Assembly: GCF_964355755.1 (NCBI RefSeq)
Contig: NC_092670.1
Coordinates: 19,144,795 to 19,208,794 of the forward strand
From: Antedon mediterranea
Lineage: Eukaryota > Animalia > Echinodermata
Direction of reading: 5' to 3'
Length of the DNA stretch: 64,000 nt
Shown here: positions 35,901 through 44,900 of the stretch, piece after piece
Layout: every line of letters starts with the position of its first letter
How positions within the stretch are numbered: position 1 is the stretch's first letter
The notes under the pieces: generated by a model
The model's input: only the letters and a program-made list of their open reading frames with translations
The model's database searches: none
Told to the model about the DNA's origin: nothing
Made by a program: the position numbers and the translations under genes

Positions 35901-38900
35901 TATGCATGCCAGGATAGGGTCAGTCCTAGCCATCTTAGGTACATGCATTCCAATACCAAATAAGCATTGCATAGATGACACCATCAGTTTCAGTCAATCA
36001 ACCAAATAGATACAGAATTAACACGATTGGCCGATTGCCTTGATGACATCATCATCACCACACTTTTAGCCTATCAATCAATTATCCAGAATTGGTGGAG
36101 TGTGTGGTAGAAGTCCATTAATACAGTTGGAGATTTACGACAGGGGGCGGGCCAGCATGTGACCAGACTTAATGAATGCTTATACAGCATAGTCTCTTCA
36201 GTCAGTTAGCTCAGTGCAATCTCCTGAAGTGGTACGTACCACTGTCTCTTCTAAGTGCAATATTATTGGATAGAGGGTGGCACCAGTCTTTTCTGATACG
36301 CTCTTCAGCTTAGACCAAATATTCTCCTGGACTATTACTCTTGGACTACAAAGCTAGGCCCTGTTCTACTTGGAATACTCACTGTGAATTTAAATACCCA
36401 AAATGGAAAGTAGCAGTATGATAAAATCATCTAAAACAACAAAGAAGATGGTGTCCTCAACTTCAGGGACACAATCCTTGGATTATTCTAAAAATCTGGA
36501 CACGCATGTCAACTACCAAAAACTAAGTGCCAAGTCAAGGAAGCTCATTCGTCGTAGCTATGAGATGGGCGATTGTTTTGTTGGAGCAAAGGAACTATAC
36601 CAAGTAGGCAACTATATTGATTCCGCATGCATTTACTACTGATGTTGTAAGTAGAAGTAAGAAAGACTAGGCTAGGCCCAAGCTTGTTCTGATAGATCTG
36701 AGTGCACTAGGGTAAAAATCAAGTTGTGGGTCTACAAAATAGAACCAGGTATAGATCGTAATGAATATATTTCATAACGACTAAAATGCAGGTTATCCAG
36801 AATAGGACAGGTTTATCTAAAATGCTAGTTTGAAAATCCAGATAGAAAAGAAATTTTTTTTTTTTTGATCCAATAGATCTAAAGTACTAAAAATGGTACA
36901 ACAACATTTCGCAAACTTTCAGTCAGTTTGCTTTCTCATGTAGACTGTTTAATCCAGATAATTATCATCTAATCATCAAGAAATGTCCTGTTAAATATTC
37001 AGCAACTGTTCAAGCTTCCATATCAAAACTATGATTTTAATTAAATAATATCTTGTACTGGTTGCATGTATATCTTTATATTGAATATTCTATACCAACA
37101 GTTATAGAAACTATTAGATACAAAGGGATGAACTTGTGTGACCTATTTCATTACCCCCCTTTCTGTTGACCTTCTTGTCTCCCTGCCACTGTCTCAACCA
37201 GTAGTTCTATTTTGATATTGACCTGAAGGTCAGAATAATTAATGTATAATTTGATTGATATGTGATACTCCCTTCAACACCTGCTCTGAGAATTTCTACT
37301 TGCCAATGATACAAATTCTTCTCCTATTATGGATGGTTGGGAGACATCACAATGGTCACATAGCAATACATTTTCATTTAGAATGTGCTGTATCTATATC
37401 TTTGGTGTGTTAGCTGTAGGGTATATCTAATACATAGATATTGGGCTAAAGAAAGTAGCCTGAAGGTAAAAGAAGCTAGGATAAATAAAGCTGAGAACAC
37501 TCATGGGAAAAAATGTTTAGATGAATATCAGATCAGTTAACCAGTCGAAAATTCAATTAATATAAATACAAACATTCTATTAGCAAACTTATTCATCCTC
37601 TACCTGGAAATCTGAATAATTTCACACAGTGTTAGGATAATTAAGCTTAAGTGAACTAATTGTCACAAAATGTCATTATTATGAATGACTTACTTACACA
37701 TTTGTTTTTGTAAATAAATATTGTTATTATTTTTTTGTTTTTTTTTGCTTGGGTTTTTAATCAATTAAATACCACATTTAATGTTACTATTAAATTTGTC
37801 AGAATTGCAAATAATTCTTTTACATCCTATTTTTATTTATTTTTTTTTGGTATTAAATGTACTGTAAGTTTAATTGTTGAGATTCTTTAAATTATGTATT
37901 GTTTTATTTATGTAGTGTTTTATTATTATTTAGATTAAATTTAGAAGTAAAAAATTATCAATTTAAACTTAGTTTTGAAGTAAGTTTCATGTACGATTAA
38001 TATTTCAAATGAAAGTTTATTGTACTAATGTAATCTAATCATTTTACTTTAGTAACTAATTACTCTGTGTCTAGAAAAAAAATTAAGGATTTTATCAATC
38101 AATTACAATAATAGTTGCTGCAGCAAATTGTAAATACATACACACAAACCGGGACACAAACTGTATATTCAAGTATTTAATCATTGTAATTATTATATAT
38201 AATTAATCACATTAGTTGATTATTACATTGTAACTAAAGTTTTGTTTATTTTTTAGGCTCGCATTGAAGAATTAGAAGAAGAGTTGGATGCAGAAAGACA
38301 AGCTCGTACCAAGGTATGTTATCAAAAATCTTTTTAGAAAAAGTTGTATTAAAATACATTATGTCAAAGTGGAAAAAAGGTATATTCCTTCAAAGTCAAA
38401 TAATAACTAATTGGTAATAAAGAATGTTATGTTCTAATTACATCTGACTCTTCTGTCAATTGGACTTTCTGGAACTGCTATTAGACTGTCAAATCAATTT
38501 ATTTTCATTACTAATAAATCCTATCCAGGAATGCCTGCCCTCTCCAGGGATCTATTTACTTATTGGACTCTACTCTGGTATACTATAAAGAATGTTCGCA
38601 TTCCAACCATACTATTCATTTTTCTATTACACTGTAGTATGCAGTGTATTGTAGTTTGTATTGAATATTATATACTAGGTAATTACTTCATTATATTACA
38701 GAGCAATAGTACAATTTATTTGTAATATACTTATATATAATAAAATGAAAATAATATACTGTAATATATTTATACACTGTTATATTATAAATAGGTCGAG
38801 AAACAGCGAACAGAGCTGAGCCATGAATTGGAAGACCTCAGTGAGCGTCTTGAAGAGCAGGGAGGTGCCACCGCTGTCCAAATTGACTTGAACAAGAAGC

Positions 38901-41900
38901 GTGAGTCCGAGATCTCCAAGATGAAGCGTGAACTTGAGGATGCACACATGCAAAGTGAAGCCACATCCCAGGCTCTGCGCAAGAAACATCAAGATGCAGT
39001 AGCCGAGCTGAGTGAGCAGGTAGATGCCCTCAACCGTACTAAATCCAAGTAAGTAACTTTGCGAAAAATATATAAATTATGGTTTATTATATGCATTGTA
39101 CCCGAAAAAATAAAGATGAATAAAATGAAACTTTTAAAAAACAATTTTTTAGTTTTAATAAAGTTATTCACTTTTAGGAACAAGTTTAAAACAAAATTCT
39201 CACAAGAATCAGACAGAATAAATGGTTAAATTTAACCAAAAGCCCAGATAATGGGCTTTAAAATTCACAATTGTTCTTTAAATTACTAAATTAAATAAAG
39301 TTTAGAGTGTTGACTTATCAAGAACCGTGCACATGTTTGTTCTATACACATCATGAATGAGTTTCTTCTATTTACCATTCAGGATTGACAAAGAGCGCCA
39401 GAATCTTAAGATGGATATTGATGACCTCGTCACAACCGTAGAAGGCCTCCAGAAATCCAAGAACAACGCAGAGAAATTATCTCACCAACTTGAGAGCCAG
39501 TTGAACGAGGCTAATGGCCGCGCTGATGATCTCTCCCGTTCCATTGCTGAGCTGAATAACCACAAGCAGCGAATGACAAACGAAAACGCTGATCTTCTCC
39601 GTCAACTTGAAGAGAGCGAGAACGGCCTTAGCCACATGGGTAAACAAAAGAGCCAGTTGGGATCACAAATTGATGAGCTTAGACGACAACTTGATGAAGA
39701 GTCAAGAGTAAGTTTTCTTTTTGGAGTTGACAATTAATACCATATACAACAATTGTAATATATAAATTTAAGTATATTCAAAGCATGCTCGTTGAGCTTG
39801 TGCACTCTTTGTGTTCATAATCAGTGTACCATGTCCCGCATACCTGGCTCAGCCTATATATTGTGCCAGTTCTGCGGTACATTTCATTTCGAAACCTGAG
39901 CTGCACTGACGAGATCTAATAAAATCGAAACAGTACTGTCTGCAGATTGGATAAATTTAAGTATATATTTTTATTAAGAATTACTTTTGTAAGGCAATAA
40001 TATGAATAATTTTTTGTTTTGCAGGCTAAGTCACAATGCATGTCCCAAATCAAGAATCTCAATGCTGAATGCGATCAGCTCCGTGACCAGGCTGAAGAGG
40101 AAGCAGAGGGCCGTGCAGAGGTTCAACGTCTTCTTGGAAAAGCCAACGCTGAGATCCAAGCCATGCGTGCTAAATATGAAGGAGATCACATTGCTCGCGC
40201 TGAGGAACTTGAAGAAGCCAGAAGGAGATTGCAGATCAAACTGACTGAACTTGAAGACCAGCTTCAAAATGCTCTTTCCAAGAACTCCACACTTGAGAAA
40301 ACTAAACAACGTCTCTCTGCTGAGATTGAGGATCTTCTCTTGGAAGTTGAGAGAGTATGTAACTTTTTATATACTATATAAATCTTATCTTTATCACTAT
40401 CTTTTTCAAAATTGAAAATTGTATTAATTAAATATATTTATTTTAGGCCAACAGCATGGTCAGTGCTCTTGAGAAGAAGCAGAAGAAATTCGACCAATTC
40501 CAGGCCGAATGGAAGGCAAAGGTAGATGAAGTAACTGTCGAGCTTGAGATTTCTCAGAAGGAGGCTCGCTCATACTCTGCAGAACTCTTTAAATTCAAAG
40601 GATTCTATGAGGAAACACTTGAAAGCATTGAAACACTCAAGCGCGAGAACAAGAACTTGTCGGGTAAGCTTCTAGCTTTCAACTGGTTTGCATGGGCATT
40701 ACTAAGGGGTTCTTTTAAAAATTTGCGTAAAACTCTTACCAATCCTTTGTATTCAAGTTAAGTTCAATACATTCGACTAATAAATGCAATGCATTTGACT
40801 TAAGTTAAAATTTATTGCACAAAATAAAAGCATAATGAAATAATTATTTATCTGCAGATGAAATCCACGACCTTACTGATCAGCTCGGAGAAGGTGGAAA
40901 GAGCATTCATGAGCTTGACAAAATCCGCCGCCGACTTGAGATGGAAAAGGAAGAACTCCAAACCACCATCGATGAGGTTGAATCTCAACTTGAACAAGAA
41001 GAGAGCAAGGTTGTCCGCTACCAACTTGAGATCACCCAAGTCAAAGCTGACATTGAGCGCCGTTTGTCAGAAAAGGATGAAGAGTTTGAAGTTGTCAGGT
41101 TAGCAATTCATTTTACTTGAAAACTCTTACTTTAAAATTTGTTAAATTATTTTCTTTAGTTTAAAACTATTTTATTTTATATATCTACAATTCAATACTA
41201 TTATGTTGAAACAGGAAGAGCCATGCCCGTGAGATCGAATCATTGACTGCAACTCTTGAATCTGAGACTCGTCAACGCAATGAGGCCATGAAACTGAAGA
41301 AGAAACTTGAATCAGAGGTTAATGAATTAGAGATCCAACTTGACCACACTAACAAGAACCTTGCTGAAGCACTTAAGAACAACAAGAGACTCCAAGGATC
41401 ACTCAAGGTATCTATTTATGCTGATAATCTAATCTTTTCCTAAGCTATATGTACGTAGCCATGTGATTCTAACATACTATCCATAGTAAGTCAGTCATAG
41501 TCAAAGAAGATGGACAACTATGATGATGATGATGATTCATTTATACATACTTGGTTACATGATATAAGAGAGAACAGCGGGTTATCAATTATTGTTATTT
41601 CTCACTTTTATTTAATTTATGTTTTGTTTTATGTAAAAGGGTCCTGCAAAAACAGACTTGTAAACTTCTTTATGCAGGATCATTGCCATCAATTATATAC
41701 TGAATATACTGTAATTATAAACGATGACTAAATAAATCTGAATTGAATTGTTATTTTTAGGATCTCCAAGCCCAATTAGATGATGAGATTCGTGCACGCG
41801 ACGAGCTCCGTGATCAATACCAACTGACTGAGCGCAGATGCAACATGCTCTCCACTGAACTGGAAGAGCTCCGCAGTCAATTGGAGCAATCTGAGAGAAT

Positions 41901-44900
41901 GCGCCGATCTGCAGAGGGCGAGCTATCTGATGCTAACGACCGCAACGGAGAGCTTGGAGCTCAGAACCACTCCCTCGCTGGCCAAAAGAGACGGTTGGAG
42001 CAAGAATTGCTTAGTGCACGTGCAGAGGCTGATGAGGCTTCTGCTGAGGCTAGAGCCAATGATGATAGAGCCAAGAAAGCAGTTAGTGATGTAAGTAGTG
42101 TATCGATTACTCTAATAATTCCATCGTTTCTTACTGCAAATTTCCCTGTACTCTCCTAATTAAAATTGTACAATAGAAATAAGGTGTTTAATCCTCATCT
42201 TTTTTTATTGGTTACACACTGCTTACTGTCTGGTGTGGAAATCATTGTTGTTAAACAGTTACATTAGCCCTGACATAATGCTCTTTAAAAACATTATTTT
42301 AACAATCGTTTTTATAGGCCACACGCCTTGCAGAAGAGCTCCGCCATGAACAAGATCAATATGCAGTTAGTGAGAAGAACCGCAAGGTGTTGGAGGTAAC
42401 TGTTAAGGAGTTGCAAGTCCGTATTGAGGAAGCCGAAGCCCTTGGAATCAAGGCTGCTAGACGCCAAATGCAGAAACTTGAAGTCAGGGTATGTTACCTA
42501 GAAATATATTTTTTATGAATAAATCTTTTACAGGTTAAACAATAGACTATTATTTCTCATTGTAACGATTGTTTAAATGTTTAAATACTCACTTGTTCTT
42601 TTACAGATACGTGAATTGGAGCAAGAACTTGATGGAGAACAACGCCGCCGTTGTGATATTGACAAAAACATGCGCAAGGGAGAACGCCGCATCAAGGAAT
42701 TGAACATGATCATTGAAGATGAACACAAAGTCCAACAACACATGCAAGAGACTGTTGAAAAATGGACAATGAAGTGTAAGACACTGAAGAAGCAAACTGA
42801 GGAACTTGTAAGTTTAACATCATTAAGCTCTGTCTACACTATCACACTAATGTGATGTGTCAAAATATGGTAGTGATATACCAAAATATGTTAGTGATAT
42901 GACATCATCATATCCATATATGGGCACATCACATTAAATTTTGATAGTGTAGGCAGAGCCTTAAGTTGTTTAGACTTGGGAACTCTAGAGTAACATGTAC
43001 GCTGGGGGTGAAAAGAACGTCTACGTCTGTGTCTGCCAGCTCCATATATTGATATATTTCTTTCCTCAACCATGATAGGATATTGCAATATTCCTTCAAA
43101 TAATATTACTGTAATTTCAAAGGACAATCTTCTGTACACCAAAGAAGTTATTTACTAATGTTGTTTTTTTCTTATATTCTTGCAGGAAGAGCATGCCAAC
43201 GGCAACTTGTCTAAATTCAAGCGTGCCCAGACTGAGCTGGAAGAAGCTGAAGAACGTGCTGACATCGCCGAAAGTGCCCTTCAGAAGCTCCGTGCAAGAC
43301 ATCGCAGTGCCATGACACAGCGCACCACTACCACGGTAGAGTCAGACGCTGATTCTGAATCTGAAACCGAAGATTTCGATTTTGAATCAGAATATCACCT
43401 CATAACCACCTCTGTTTCACGTGACCGCCGCTTGCAACGCATGGCTGTAAACACTCGCGATAATCTCAGTTTGTCGACCAAAGGCATTTTATCACGATTA
43501 GACTTAAAAGTCGATAATGATCTTCTTAGTAGTATCGAATCTAAATTAGCAGCAAGCCCCACAAGGCCTGTTATAAATACTTTAAAAAGTCTTTCATTAG
43601 ACGACCGAGCAGGAAAATTGGACACTAGTATATCAGTGACTAAGTCATCAGAAACTGATGACGTATCAACAGCTACTGATGAAGCTCCAAAATTGCCCCC
43701 TACGGAAAGCATTCCACAAGTAGAAACATCTGAAGTTAAACAAGAGGCAGTTGCCTCATCCACTGAACAGTCTGAAAAAACATCAGATGTTTTACCGTCA
43801 GAATCTTCTGACCCTGCCAAATAAATGTCAATTTCATTTATTTATACAAAATTTTCCAACCTTTAAATCAATGAACATTTTATGTATTTTGTTTCTAAAT
43901 TTTGGTTTGAATTGAAATTTTTTACAATTCGATGTATAAATTGAGATTGTCTGTTTTCAGTTCGACATGCGCGCACAACCTTTGCGTTATCACTGCTTTT
44001 TTATTTCTCTTACACCAACAAAATAGTGCATGATTAACAATTTAGGCCCAGTTATATCATTTTCATATCTTAATATATTAATTTTCATTATTCATTACTA
44101 ACTTCAGCTTAAAAAGAGCACCTTTTTTTCACTATTCTAACATTCCCATCTCTTTGTGTGATTAATATTATTTTAGTTTCAACCTTTTTAAAAATTACCT
44201 TTTTACCACCAAAAACATATTTATACCTCTTTTTATACATTTATACAAAAATATTAGCACTCACTTATATCAACAGAAAAGAACAGTTGAGACAATTTTA
44301 TTGGGAGAAAATTATGAATGGTTACCAGGCCAAATCTTTAATTAAAGTTATTTCTTTTTTTTTACAAAAACGAATCAATTAATCAATCAATCATTTCTGT
44401 AGATTTTTCTGTAATGTAAAAAAAACCCAAAAAATCAAATCTATCTGTAAGATAGTCTGCTATTTATTTGTGCATTAGTTAGCTTGGTCTGGTATTGGCA
44501 TGGTGTGGAAACTCATTGATTTGCGGTGATCGCTCCAGCGCACGATCCCCTTACACAATCCCCTTCAATGCAAAATGATTGAGGTATATTATGACGTGAG
44601 ATTCTGTACATAAAAGAATTTAAGCTGTTGTAGTCAAAAGAAAAGAGAAACAAATTTGAACAAATATTGGTCTCTTTTCAGTTGATATTAGTTTTTTAAA
44701 AAACCATTTGCCGTGGTTACATATATTCTTTGCCCGTCCTTATCCTCCAACTCGCTATGATTTTGAAGTTATGGATCTAATTTTGTACGCACTTTTTAAC
44801 ACATAACTTTAACATCCTACGATGTTGGCAGATCTTGATGGCCATGTTTGTGGTGTCTTGGCAGTTATAGTAAGTAGAAAAAAAATCCATTGTGACAATG

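Noticed and set aside
43395-43820. 141-aa antisense ORF (also 40031-40309, 38780-38992, 26881-27108)
   Set aside because: Shadow ORFs opposite real myosin coding exons.
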